A stretch of 64,000 nt of DNA from Oscillospiraceae bacterium (GCA_022009755.1 CP091722.1:1092098-1156097), one strand, 5' to 3'; shown: positions 39,072 to 48,999, counted from the first letter of the stretch. Made by a program: numbers and translations. The notes: generated by a model from the letters alone, not told the origin.

Positions 39072-39107
39072 CTTTTCTTGCTTTTCTTGCTTTTCTTGCT
39101 TTTCTTG
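39072..39107. repeat. 9-bp perfect tandem repeat x4 (CTTTTCTTG; CAAGAAAAG on the sngA strand) abutting the sngA RBS
   Basis: Units at 39072, 39081, 39090 and 39099, with a degenerate fifth unit following. The RBS GGAGGGG lies at 39065-39071 on the minus strand. Confidence 0.95.
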
Positions 39108-39239
39108 CTTTTTGCCCTGCCGAGCCGTTTGCGGGTGCTGATATCTTTTGCTTTTGTTTGCCGTTTCCAAAAGCAAACCTGCAAACCCGCGCAGGTAAGG
39201 TCTGCTCTTTACAGCTTTATATTTTTCGGATATCAAACT

Positions 39240-39268
39240 ATTATAGCATAATCGTTTCCGTATTACAA
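39240..39268 (-). promoter_or_regulatory. Sigma-A type promoter for the TerB/ATPase/helicase operon
   Basis: On the minus strand: TTGTAA (39268-39263), a 17-nt spacer, then TATAAT (39245-39240). This leaves a leader of about 170 nt containing a TTTGCTTTTG / CAAAAGCAAA hairpin. Confidence 0.5.
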
Positions 39269-39354
39269 CGGGCAATTGATCTCATTTTACATTTTATACG
39301 GCATAATACGGCAAAAATGCAAAACACGAAGAAGCAAAAAAATCCTGCGGCTTC

Positions 39355-39383
39355 TTGACTTACAGCTGCCTCTGCGCTAAACT
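39355..39383 (+). promoter_or_regulatory. Candidate promoter for the cupin gene
   Basis: TTGACT (39355-39360), a 17-nt spacer, then TAAACT (39378-39383). Confidence 0.35.
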
Positions 39384-39459
39384 GTATTATATAAAACAAA
39401 CCGGCAAACAGGCAGCCGCGATGCTGTTGAAAGCAGAATTGCCGAACAAGCAGCAACAA

Positions 39460-39493
39460 CAAAAAACAAAAAACAAAAAACAAAAAACAAAAA
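39460..39493. repeat. 7-bp tandem repeat (CAAAAAA) x4 plus a partial unit, abutting the cupin RBS
   Basis: Units at 39460, 39467, 39474 and 39481, with a partial unit at 39488 that runs into AAAGGAG (39491-39497). The ATG is at 39506. Confidence 0.95.
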
Positions 39494-39505
39494 GGAGCAA
39501 TTGAA

Positions 39506-39889
39506 ATGGATAAAACACCGATTAAACTGAAGCTGGACGGCATAGATGCGCCGCAAAAGAGAGTACGCATAAAAAACGCGCCAGTAAGCGAAGTGTTTTC
39601 CTTATGCGAGCTTGTACAATACCAGGAGGGGCAGGTTGTAAGCCGCACTCTTGCCCAGAACGAAAACATGAGCCTTACTCTTTTTTCCTTTGACAAGGGG
39701 GAAGAAATAGGTACGCACTCCGCCGGAGGGGATGCGTTTTTGACCTGTCTTGACGGCGGCTGCCGCATTATTGTTGATGAAACGGCCTATGAGCTTACCG
39801 TGGGGCAAAGCATAGTTATGCCGGCGGGGCATCCGCACTCGGTTCATGCAAGCGAGCGCTTCAAAATGCTGCTTGCCGTAATAAAATAG
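39506..39889 (+). CDS. Cupin domain protein
   Basis: 127 aa with a cupin-type metal-site pattern (EIGTHSAGGDAFLTCLDG ... MPAGHPHSV). Confidence 0.8.
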   Translation: MDKTPIKLKLDGIDAPQKRVRIKNAPVSEVFSLCELVQYQEGQVVSRTLAQNENMSLTLFSFDKGEEIGTHSAGGDAFLTCLDGGCRIIVDETAYELTVGQSIVMPAGHPHSVHASERFKMLLAVIK

Positions 39890-39970
39890 CCCCGTAAAGC
39901 ACAAAGGAATTACGGAGCATATAAAGCCGGGGCGACATATGCGCGGCCGGACGAACCTGCGGGGCGTCCA

Positions 39971-39997
39971 GCCGGCATTTTTGCAAAAAATGCCGGG
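39971..39997. terminator. Palindromic hairpin between convergent cupin and AEC genes (weak terminator candidate)
   Basis: CCGGCATTTTT gca AAAAATGCCGG. The U/A runs are inside the stem and there is no external T-run. Confidence 0.35.
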
Positions 39998-40063
39998 TAA
40001 GGCGCGCAAGCGCCGGCCGCGCGGGGCGCCGCGAAATGCATGCAGCGCCTGTTATTTATTAAA

Positions 40064-41020
40064 TTAAAGCAGCTTAAGCAGCAGGCTCATGAGCGGAATG
40101 GTAAAAAGGGAAAGCAGCGTGGCAATGCTGACACCGGCTCCCGCAAAGGCCACATCGCCTCCGTAACGCTGCGCCATCATGGAGGTTATGGAGGCCGACG
40201 GCATGCACATCTGCAAAAAAGGTACGGCTACCAGCATTACATCGTCAAGAGGAATGATTTTTGTAAGGCGCAGAGCATAAAAGCAAAGAAAAATTATTCC
40301 CGGCAGCACCAGCAATCTCATGCCCACGGCTATAAGCAGCTGCGGCCGCCTGAAAAGCCCGCGGAAATCAAAATGCGAAAGGTGCGCCCCCACCGTGAAC
40401 ATTGCAAGGGGCGTGACCGTACCCGCCGTAAGTGAGCAAACATCCAAAAGAAATTGGGGCATTACCTCGTTTGCGGAAAAAGCAAACAGTATTGCGCCCG
40501 CCACGCAGGCAAGAACGCCCGGGTTAAGCAGCGCCTTTTTAGCTCCGCCCTTTTGTCCCTTTGGAGCAAGCATTTTTACGCCCACCGTCCATGTAAGCAC
40601 ATTGTGGCACACCACTATTCCGGTGCCGTACAGCACCGCAAGATCGCCCTGATCGCCGAAAACGCTTTCGAGCACCGGCAGACCCATGAACCCCACATTG
40701 CAAAATGCCGTCATGAATTTAAGAACACCCTTTACGGAAGCATCGGATTTTCTAAAGCAAAGGCACACAATTATAAACGACACTGCATAAGCTACGATGC
40801 CAAGCAGCATTTCTATGCCCAAATTAAGCAGAATATCGCGGTCAAAGCTGCGCAGAAAGGCGTTTATTATCATGGCGGGCTGTGCAATATACAGGGTAAA
40901 GAAAGACAGCCCGTCGGTAAAATCCGCAGGAACCAGACGCTTTTTTTCAAATATAAAGCCCGGCACCAGCAGCAGCACCATAGTAAATACGCCCGTTAAT
41001 ACAACGCCGAATTCAGGCAT
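40064..41020 (-). CDS. AEC (auxin efflux carrier) family permease
   Basis: 318 aa with about 10 TM helices. The N-terminus MPEFGVVLTGVFTMVLLLVPGFIFEKKRLV and overall organisation are typical of AEC/malate-permease-like transporters. Confidence 0.8.
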   Translation of the reverse strand: MPEFGVVLTGVFTMVLLLVPGFIFEKKRLVPADFTDGLSFFTLYIAQPAMIINAFLRSFDRDILLNLGIEMLLGIVAYAVSFIIVCLCFRKSDASVKGVLKFMTAFCNVGFMGLPVLESVFGDQGDLAVLYGTGIVVCHNVLTWTVGVKMLAPKGQKGGAKKALLNPGVLACVAGAILFAFSANEVMPQFLLDVCSLTAGTVTPLAMFTVGAHLSHFDFRGLFRRPQLLIAVGMRLLVLPGIIFLCFYALRLTKIIPLDDVMLVAVPFLQMCMPSASITSMMAQRYGGDVAFAGAGVSIATLLSLFTIPLMSLLLKLL

Positions 41021-41193
41021 CTGTTGTTCCTCCGTAATACTCGCTCCCGTATCTGCAATTGCAGCAAAGACCGGGAATTTATTTCCGTATCATTTTTTAT
41101 ATCTGTTTTCTCTATCCGTAATATCCGCAAACTGATTTTATAAAAGCTGCCCATGCGGCATGTTCCGACATTTTCTTAAGCGGAAACATCGGA

Positions 41194-41222
41194 ATTATAT
41201 CATGCTTTGCAGGGTTAATCAA
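41194..41222 (-). promoter_or_regulatory. Candidate promoter for the AEC permease gene
   Basis: On the minus strand: TTGATT (41222-41217), a 17-nt spacer ending in TGA, then TATAAT (41199-41194). The leader is about 170 nt. Confidence 0.45.
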
Positions 41223-41286
41223 CAAAAGATAAACACAAACGGCCAAATTACAAACAAAAAGCAAGCTGAAAACTAAAAAAGCAAAC

Positions 41287-41347
41287 TAAAAGCAGACCGG
41301 ACGCAAAGAGTGCTTTAAGGGTGCCCGTTGCGCCGCGTCTGCTTTTT
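41287..41347. terminator. Long imperfect hairpin with flanking A/T runs (terminator of the lipoprotein gene, bidirectional in form)
   Basis: Outer stem AGCAGAC (41291-41297) / GTCTGCT (41337-41343), with AAAA before it and TTTTT after it. Confidence 0.5.
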
Positions 41348-41449
41348 GATTAAAGCCGCGCTTTATGTTATAAAATGCATGGAATTTACAATGCAGCTAT
41401 TACGGTTTTTACGGATAATTACGAATAATATCAGATATCTGCGGCCGCA

Positions 41450-41989
41450 TCAGCGCATTTTCTCGTATGCCTGTTCAAAATTCACCAGTACATAATCGTC
41501 ACCGAAAATATTGAAATCGTAGTAATAAGCATAGCCCTTGTTTCCGTAGAGCGCCTCCACGGTAATTGTAAAATCATACGCCTTGGTATTGTGCTTTGCC
41601 CCTATTATATACTGGAAAACCACACCTTCATTGCGCTGTGTAAGAGTGGAATGTGCTGCTGCGCCTTCGGTATCTGCCGGTATTCCGTAGACTGAAAAGG
41701 CGGAAACCATTTTTTCACGCTGTTCGCTGTTAAGCGCAAAATTGGTTGCAAAATCAAAGGATATATACTTGAGCTTTTCTTTGCTGCCCATTTTTTCATC
41801 CACAATATAATTAAGCATTGCATCGGTTGCGGCTATATATGCCTTGGTTATACCGTCCGCATTTTCCTGCTCCGCCTTTTCTTTAAGAAGGTTGTGAGCA
41901 GGCAGCACCGCGGGAGTTTTGGTTTTTCCGCAGCCCGCAAGGGCAAAGGCCATAAAAATACACAGCATAATGGTGATGATTTTTTTCAT
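41450..41989 (-). CDS. Hypothetical lipoprotein
   Basis: MKKIITIMLCIFMAFALAGCG is a signal peptide plus lipobox. The internal ATG 41989 is preferred over 42025. No family was recognised. Confidence 0.6.
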   Translation of the reverse strand: MKKIITIMLCIFMAFALAGCGKTKTPAVLPAHNLLKEKAEQENADGITKAYIAATDAMLNYIVDEKMGSKEKLKYISFDFATNFALNSEQREKMVSAFSVYGIPADTEGAAAHSTLTQRNEGVVFQYIIGAKHNTKAYDFTITVEALYGNKGYAYYYDFNIFGDDYVLVNFEQAYEKMR

Positions 41990-42066
41990 AAATACCTCCT
42001 GATGCCCTTGCGGGCGCCGATACACGGGCTTGTGTATCCCGTATTATTCGGAATGGATTTATCGGT

Positions 42067-43718
42067 TTATTTTTTGCCGTTTGTGTTATTCTTTCTTTTT
42101 TTATAAAGCTCAAGGCTCTTTTTGTATCTTCCCGCGCCGCTTGACGCATTCTGCCGGTCCGCATGGCTTTTATCGCTTTTATCGTACGCCTCCGGTTCTT
42201 TTTCCTCCTGCGGCATGTTCAGCTCGCTTTCAAGGGCAAGCGCCTCCCCGCACTCCGGCGCGGCGCCGATTTCCGCCTCAATTTCCGGGTCGGTTGATAC
42301 CGCGGCTTTTTTTACGCTTAATCCGTCCCTTTTGAACAGGCGGCGGATGCTTATGATAAGCGGCTTGAAGTTAAAGGCAGTTACTACCAGTGCAAGCGCA
42401 ATTTCGATAAGCAGCCAATGCTTTACCTCCAGCAGCATGACCGCACACTGAACGCCGAGCACCGCCGTATTGAAGCAAACACGAGGCAGATGCGTATTGA
42501 ACGGGATAAACCGCCTTGTGTTGAAATAGCGCAGCCAGAATATGGTGAAATAGCTTATGAAGGTAGCCGCAGTGGCTCCGTTTACCCCGAGGCGCGGTAT
42601 AAGCAGAGCATTGAGCGCAATATTGAGAACCGCTCCGACAAGCGAAGTCCACATGGAATTTACGCTCTTTTTTTCGCAGATGTACACCGTGCTCTGAAAG
42701 GTGACTATACAGTTAAAGGCAGTGGCCGTTATAAGTATGGGCATATAGCGCCAACCCTCTGCATATGCGGGGTTATTATAGGTAAGAAGATGCATGGCGG
42801 TTTTGGACAGCATTATAAGCACCGATGCGCCTATAAACACTATCGACTGGAAGGAATAGAACACCTTGCCGAAAAAATCGCTGCGAGTGGCGCGATCCTC
42901 GCTTACCGCCGACATCTGCCATGCATCGGCAAAAACCATGGACACAAGCACAAGTATGGTGGGAATTTTATACGCTACTACATAAAGCCCGTTTTCAAAG
43001 TCTCCCAGCATATATTTTACCATGTAGCGGTCGGAGACATTTGTGATCCACCAAAGAATGGTGGTGGGTATAAGCGGTATGCTGTATTTCAGCATCCCCT
43101 GGGTAAGGGTGCGGTTAAGCTGACGAAAACGAAGATAATTCCACAGCCGGCACACCGTAAAGAGGAACAGCGTGCACAGGGCATCGGCAAGCACGGTGGA
43201 CATAAGATACCCGGTGACATGCATATTCAGCCCCACAAGAAAGAGAATATTAAAGCCGATTGTAAGCAGGGTATTTAGTATGCCGTCAAAGGCAAAAAGC
43301 TTTACATGACCCTGTGAGCGCACAAATTGCAAGCACAAAGAATGCATGCCGGAGGCCAGTACATACATAAGAATTACCGGAATGTACGAATCCACGCCGT
43401 CTTTAAGCAAAGCAGCGCAGGCGAACACAGAAGCAGCGCGGCAAAGCCTATGGAAATGGTGGTAAAGCCTGTGGTGAACACTGCGGCCTTATCCTCATGC
43501 TTATCCATTCCGAAGCGCATTACGGCATTTGCAATGCTGACGGTAAAAACGGGTATGAGCAGATTAGCCGTCTGCATTACAAGGTCGGCTATGCTGTATT
43601 GCTCCGGCGAAAGGATTTTTGTATAAAGCGGCGTGAGCAGCAGCACAAGCAGCTTTGAAGCAAATGTACCTATTGCAAAGACAATGGTATTGGTTAATAA
43701 GCGTTTATATTTATTCAT
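42067..43718 (-). CDS. Polysaccharide biosynthesis protein / Wzx-like flippase (MOP superfamily); one apparent frameshift
   Basis: The N-terminus MNKYKRLLTNTIVFAIGTFASKLLVLLLTPLYTKILSPEQY is typical of Wzx/polysaccharide-biosynthesis proteins. It is polytopic with a charged C-terminal tail. The break is within 43374-43428. Confidence 0.8.
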
Positions 43719-43830
43719 TCCAAGGCCGCAGACGCTGCGTCCCCTTTCGTATTATTTCATATTATAAAAAACAGTCCTTTAAGGTATTATACCCGTTATG
43801 CCTGCGATTGTAAAGCCCGGAGGCGTTTAG

Positions 43831-44643
43831 CTATCCGCGGCTTTTTTCGGCAAGGATGTGCTCGTATATGAATCGCGCCTCGCCGTCGCTGTCACAGGAA
43901 GCGCACATGTATTTTGCCGCTCTTTTTGCCTCCTCCACCGCATTTGCCACGGCTACGGAGCAGCCGGCATATTCCAGCATTGCAACATCGTTTCGGGCAT
44001 CGCCGAAGGCCATTACCTCCTCGCGCGCTATTCCCATGCTTTTTGCAAGATAATCAAGCGTGCGCCCTTTATTTACGGAGATATTCATAAACTCAAGGTA
44101 TTCCGGCTTGCTTACGGTTATCTCCAGCCTTCCCGCAAAAAGACGGCGGGCCTCCGCAAGCCGCTTTGGCACAAGCTCTCTGTTCATTATGAGTATTATT
44201 TTTGTCGTGGGCGTGCTTAAGCACTGTGAAAGCGGACGGTGCGTTGCCACCGCCGCCGTGCCGGTATGCTTTCTGTACACCTCGGCTTCCTCATCGTATT
44301 CCTGAGTATATAAAATATCGTCAAGATATATCTGGCTGTGGCAGCCCCACTTTTCCGCAAGCGCCAGCACATCGAGTGCATCGGCGTTTTGCAGCGGGCA
44401 GTGATACAGCTGCTTCCCCGTTACGGGATCCACTATCATGGCTCCGTTATAGACGATTATCGGATCGGTAAGACCCAGCATGGAAACATAGCTCTTTGCG
44501 GAATCGTACATTCTGCCGGTGCAGATGGTAAACTTAACCCCGATGCTGCGCACTTTGTTTATAATATCCAAAGAATAGCTGCTTACTTTTCGCGAAGAAT
44601 CAAGCAGTGTATCGTCCATATCGGTTGCTATAAGCTTAATCAT
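43831..44643 (-). CDS. Cof-type HAD-IIB family hydrolase
   Basis: Motif I ATDMDDTLL and motif IV GDARNDVAML. The 270-aa length is typical of Cof phosphatases. Confidence 0.85.
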   Translation of the reverse strand: MIKLIATDMDDTLLDSSRKVSSYSLDIINKVRSIGVKFTICTGRMYDSAKSYVSMLGLTDPIIVYNGAMIVDPVTGKQLYHCPLQNADALDVLALAEKWGCHSQIYLDDILYTQEYDEEAEVYRKHTGTAAVATHRPLSQCLSTPTTKIILIMNRELVPKRLAEARRLFAGRLEITVSKPEYLEFMNISVNKGRTLDYLAKSMGIAREEVMAFGDARNDVAMLEYAGCSVAVANAVEEAKRAAKYMCASCDSDGEARFIYEHILAEKSRG

Positions 44644-44727
44644 GGTTTTCCCCCGTAATTGTTTGTATTTATTGCCGTTTATACCGTATTCGGCACCCGT
44701 ACAATCTTGCAGCCGCTCCGGCCGCCC

Positions 44728-46639
44728 TTACGCCGTGCCGTCGTTTTCATCCTCGCCGGAATCATTTTCCCCGGCTTCAAAGCACGGCACATCCTGCTGC
44801 CCGGCCTCCTGTGCGCTTCGGGCGGCAAAAAAGTCATACACCGACGCTGCGGCAGCGGCGTTCATGCCGGGAAGCGCAGCCAGTTCCTCCTTTGAAGCCC
44901 TGCTTATGGCGCTGACCGACCCGTATTTTGCAAACAGCAGCTGCTTGCGCCTTGCTCCCACTCCCGCAACGGAATCCAGCACCGAAAGCAGGCTGCGCTT
45001 GCTTCTGAGCGCGCGGTGATAGGTGATGGCAAAGCGGTGAGCCTCGTCACGCACGGTTTGCAGCAGCTGCACCGCAAGCGACTCCGTACCCGGCACCACC
45101 GGCTCGGAGCAGCCGGGAAGATATATTTCCTCCAGGCGCTTTGCAAGACCTATAACATCAAGATGCAGCCCCAGCTCGTCCAGCACCCCGCAGGCGCTGG
45201 AAAGCTGCCCCTTTCCGCCGTCTATTACCACAAGATCCGGGATAACATCAAAGCTGTCCCCCGTTTCGTCGGTTTTTAGGCGGGAAAAGCGCCTGCGCAC
45301 CACCTCCGCCATGGAGGCGAAATCGTTGTTGCCCTCCACGGAGCGTATCTTGAAGCGCCGGTACTGCCTGGGCTGCGGAACGCCGTCCGTAAGCACCACC
45401 ATGGAGGCCACGGTATCGGTGCCCTGAATATGGGATATATCGTAGCATTCTATCCTGCGCGGAAGTCCGGGCAGGTGCAGAATATTTCAGCTCCGTAAGC
45501 CCCTTTATCACCCGTTCTCTGCGGGCAAGCTCTGCGCGCAGGGATTTTTCCATTGTTTCGCGGCCGTTTTCCTGCCCCAAACGGACAATTGCCGCCTTAT
45601 CTCCGCGCTGCGGAACATGCAGGCTTACGGCGTGCGCGGAAAGCCTGCGCAGATGCTCCTGCACCGCCTCCTGCGAAGGGCACGGACCGTCCAGCAGTAT
45701 TTCGCGGGGTATTTCCTCCTTCGCGTACCGCTGAAGCAGGTACTGCTCCCTCAGCTCCTCCTCCGCGGCCGCAGTATCAGGAAATTCGTCGGTATGTACG
45801 GATATCAGCCTGCCTGCACGCACGGCAATGCAAACAAACACCGCATACCCCTGCGACAGCGTAAGGGTGACGGCGTCAAGATCGCACTTTTTGGGCAGAA
45901 CGGCTTTCTGCGAGCGGTCCAGCCGGTCAAGCTGCGCCGCTCTGTCCCGGTACTGCGCCGCCTTTTCATAATCCATGCGCTCGCTTGCGGCATACATTTT
46001 GTTTTCAAACAGCGCCTTTATTCCGTTATATCCCGAATCAAACAGCTGCTTTACGCCGCGCACAAGCCCGTTATAATCCTCTTTTTTGTATTCTTCGCGG
46101 CAGGGGCCGGCGCATTTGCCTATTTCATAGCGCACGCAGGGGCGCATTTTTCCCTTTCGCGCATTTATATCAAGATTGCAGGAGCGCAGGGGATATTCGG
46201 AAATTACTGCCTCCGCAATATCGCGGGCAAGCCCCGCCCCGAAAAACGGGCCGAAATAAAGCGCTCCGTCATGCACGAGACGCCGTGCCACGGTAAGCGC
46301 CGGATACGCATCAGCGGTATTAAGCCGCAGATACGGATAGCCCTTATCGTCCTTAAGCAGGATATTGTAATAGGGCTTATTCTTTTTAATAAGATTATTC
46401 TCAAGCAGCAGGGCTTCCAGCTCGGAATCCGCCACGATATAGGATATATCCTCCACGCTTTCCACAAGCGCGCGCGTTTTGGCGTTAAGCCCCCCGGGAG
46501 AATGAAAATAGCTGCGCACCCGGTTGGCAAGATTCTTGGCCTTGCCCACATAGATTATCTGTCCGCCGCTGTTTTTCATTATATATACGCCGGGACGGTC
46601 GGGAAGCAGCCTTAGCGTTCTGTTTATTTTTTCATTCAT
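44728..46639 (-). CDS. uvrC: Excinuclease ABC subunit C; one apparent frameshift
   Basis: GIY-YIG domain (GVYIMKNSGGQIIYVGKAKNLANRVRSYF). After a one-base frame change near 45481-45490, next to an A3 run, the conserved LHLPGLPRRIECYDISHIQGTDTVASMVV appears. The C-terminus is HhH-like. Confidence 0.95.
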
Positions 46640-46686
46640 AGCGTTTTACTGTTTGTTATGCCAAGCATCTTAAAAATATATGAGAT

Positions 46687-46712
46687 AAAATGCATGGCAC
46701 TGCATGCATTTT
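46687..46712 (-). terminator. Hairpin terminator overlapping the ArsR-family gene stop
   Basis: AAAATGCATG gcactg CATGCATTTT is a perfect 10-bp stem. On the minus strand it is followed by TTTTATCTC. Confidence 0.5.
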
Positions 46713-47061
46713 ACAGCTCGGAAAGATGCAGCATTCCCTGAAGAAGTACCTGGCCTATATGCTCATCGTCAAGGGAATAATACACAACCTTCCCCTCCCT
46801 GCGGTAGCGGATAAGGCGGGAATTGCGAAGGGTTTTGAGCTGATGGGAAACGGTGGACTGATTCATGCCCAGGGTAGCGGAAATATCGCACACGCACATT
46901 TCCTCCATGGACAGCAGATAAAGGATCTTGAGTCGGGACATATCGGAAAACAGCTTGTAGAAATCCACCAATCGCATAAGGCTGCGATCGTCCATAAGCT
47001 TATCCTGCATAGCCTCCACCTGTTCGGGATGCATTACCGTCTGAATACGATTTTCGCTCAT
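46711..47061 (-). CDS. ArsR/SmtB family metalloregulatory transcriptional repressor
   Basis: Winged HTH with a CVC motif: EEMCVCDISATLGMNQSTVSHQLKTLRNSRLI. Confidence 0.85.
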   Translation of the reverse strand: MSENRIQTVMHPEQVEAMQDKLMDDRSLMRLVDFYKLFSDMSRLKILYLLSMEEMCVCDISATLGMNQSTVSHQLKTLRNSRLIRYRREGKVVYYSLDDEHIGQVLLQGMLHLSEL

Positions 47062-47201
47062 ATTCCTTTACCACCTTTTACGATTTATACTTATACGCCG
47101 CCCTCAGCCAACGGGATATGCACGCACACAAAAAAAGACCGGCTGCCTGCCGCGCAGGCTTCAAATGAAAGCACGCGCATACAGGCATATGTTGTTTTTT
47201 T

Positions 47202-47230
47202 ATTATAAATTTGCCGGGCGGCTTTGTCAA
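47202..47230 (-). promoter_or_regulatory. Consensus sigma-A promoter for the ArsR-family gene
   Basis: On the minus strand: TTGACA (47230-47225), a 17-nt spacer, then TATAAT (47207-47202). Confidence 0.55.
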
Positions 47231-47285
47231 TTGTAAATTTTTCAATAAATAATGATTTTTTTATTATATGCGAACGGATATTACC

Positions 47286-48179
47286 TCAAAGGGAACGGCT
47301 TTTTGTGCTCAGCACAAAGGCGCGGCCGCATTTTTCAAGCTGCGCGCATGCCCGTTTAGCCTGTGCAAACGAGGGAAACAAACCGCAGCAAACGCTTCCG
47401 GAGCCCGTCATAAAGGAGGCCTCCGCGCCCAGCGTGCGCAGCTCTTCCAACGCCGCAGCCACCTGCCCGTTGCACCCGGCCGTTATCGGCTGAAGATCGT
47501 TCCTGATTATTTTTGCGGCGCCGGCCGTATCGCCGCGCATTATACAGTCGGCCAGCTGCGCATTGTCCCCCGGCGAAGGCAGCGTGCTGCTGTCAAGGCG
47601 CGAGAATATTTCCGCGGTAGAGGTACCGCGCCCCGGCATTACCGCAGCAAGATACAATTTTGCCTGCGAAGGCATATACTCAAGCTCCTCCCCTATTCCA
47701 CGCGCACGCGCAAGCCCTCCCCGCAGCATGAACGGCACATCCGCCCCCAGCTTCAGGGCTATCTGCTCCATTCGCGTTTTGGAAAGCCCCGTGCGGTAAA
47801 GCATATCAAGCCCCACAAGCACGGCGGCCGCATCGGCGCTGCCGCCGCCCATGCCGGCGCCTACGGGAATATATTTATTCAGCTTTATTATGCAGCCCGC
47901 CTCCAGCCCTGCCGCCTCATAGAACGCCTGTGCGGCACGCCAGCAAAGATTGCTTTCCTTTTTGCCGGTAAAGCCGCCCCTCTGCTCCAGCTCAAGGCCG
48001 GACGGCGTGCGGGTTATTTCAATGCCGTCATACAGGGATACGCTCTGAAGCAGCGTATCCAGCGTGTGATAGCCGTCCTGCCGTTTTCCCGTTACAAACA
48101 GTGACCAGTTGATTTTTGCATATGCCCTGAGCCTGATGCTGTTCAGAAATTCCGCCCCGCTTTCCTCAATAATAAGCAA
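47286..48179 (-). CDS. ispE: 4-(cytidine 5'-diphospho)-2-C-methyl-D-erythritol kinase
   Basis: N-terminal AYAKINWSLFVTGKRQDGYH and GHMP-kinase motif IPVGAGMGGGSADAAAV. Confidence 0.9.
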   Translation of the reverse strand: MLIIEESGAEFLNSIRLRAYAKINWSLFVTGKRQDGYHTLDTLLQSVSLYDGIEITRTPSGLELEQRGGFTGKKESNLCWRAAQAFYEAAGLEAGCIIKLNKYIPVGAGMGGGSADAAAVLVGLDMLYRTGLSKTRMEQIALKLGADVPFMLRGGLARARGIGEELEYMPSQAKLYLAAVMPGRGTSTAEIFSRLDSSTLPSPGDNAQLADCIMRGDTAGAAKIIRNDLQPITAGCNGQVAAALEELRTLGAEASFMTGSGSVCCGLFPSFAQAKRACAQLEKCGRAFVLSTKSRSL

Positions 48180-48289
48180 TGATACCCTTTATATCTTCCT
48201 GCCGGAATTATAACATACTTCCGCCCCGTTTGTGAATATGTTTTTCCGCCGCAGATAATTTCCGTGCCTTCGTTTGCGGCCTTTTATTC

Positions 48290-48318
48290 TTGCCTGCAGA
48301 AACGGTATGCGCTATAAT
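48290..48318 (+). promoter_or_regulatory. Sigma-A type promoter for the GNAT gene
   Basis: TTGCCT (48290-48295), a 17-nt spacer, then TATAAT (48313-48318). It is followed by a 14-bp direct repeat (ACAGTATAAAATAT / ACGGTATAAAATAT, 48323-48350). Confidence 0.5.
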
Positions 48319-48453
48319 GTATACAGTATAAAATATACGGTATAAAATATGTTTGATACAGCCCGGTTTCGCGGGCATGCGCTCTCCGGGCGCCGAAAAG
48401 CGAGGCTGCAAAAACATGCACGATCGCCCTGCGGGCAAAAAGGAAGGATAATT

Positions 48454-48939
48454 ATGATTACAAGCAAATGGAGCATGGGCTCTGAAAATATGCAGGATGC
48501 AAAGCTGATACGCACCGAGGTATTTATTAACGAGCAGCACATACCGCCCCAAGCGGAATTTGACGCCCTTGACGAGCGCGCCCTGCACCTTGTTCTCTAC
48601 GACGACGGAACGCCCGCCGCCACGGGCCGGCTTTACTATTCTCAGGGCTACCGCATAGGCAGAATAGCCGTGCGCAAACACCTGCGCGGAAAGCATTTGG
48701 GCGACCTGCTGGTGCGTATGCTGCTGGTACGCGCCTTCAATGACGGGGCGGACAGCGTGACCGTCAGCGCGCAGACACGCGTTGTGCCCTTTTATGAGCG
48801 CTACGGCCTTGCCTGCAAGGGGGAACCCTATACGGAGGACGGCATAGAGCATATTTTAATGGAGGTAACCCCTCAAAGCCTTAAAATAGAAAGCAAATGC
48901 GGCAGCTGCACTAAGGACGGCTGCCCCATGAAGCAGTGA
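48454..48939 (+). CDS. GNAT family N-acetyltransferase
   Basis: Acetyl-CoA motif A IAVRKHLRGKHLGDLLV. ATG 48454 (MITSKWSMG), preceded by AAAGGAAGGA, is preferred over 48349. Confidence 0.8.
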   Translation: MITSKWSMGSENMQDAKLIRTEVFINEQHIPPQAEFDALDERALHLVLYDDGTPAATGRLYYSQGYRIGRIAVRKHLRGKHLGDLLVRMLLVRAFNDGADSVTVSAQTRVVPFYERYGLACKGEPYTEDGIEHILMEVTPQSLKIESKCGSCTKDGCPMKQ

Positions 48940-48972
48940 CTGCGGCTTACGCAAAACCTGCGTGATGTAATT

Positions 48973-48999
48973 AAAAAAGCGCCGTTTGGGCGCTTTTTT
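48973..48999. terminator. Bidirectional intrinsic terminator
   Basis: AAAAAAGCGCC gttt GGGCGCTTTTTT, between the convergent GNAT and peptidase genes. Confidence 0.65.

Noticed and set aside
39241-39768. Minus-strand 175-aa ORF spanning the intergenic repeats and the 5' half of the cupin gene. Small ORFs at 38993..39184 and 39057..39275 were also considered.
   Set aside because: They are antisense to a good cupin CDS and read through the simple repeats, giving poly-Phe/Leu/Cys or KSKKSKK strings. They have no RBS and are best explained as repeat-generated open frames.
47062-47285. Metal-resistance operon expected next to the ArsR-family regulator.
   Set aside because: The neighbours are uvrC and ispE, and no arsenate reductase, efflux pump or metallothionein gene is adjacent. 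The regulator appears to be a stand-alone gene with its own consensus promoter, so no resistance-operon claim is made.
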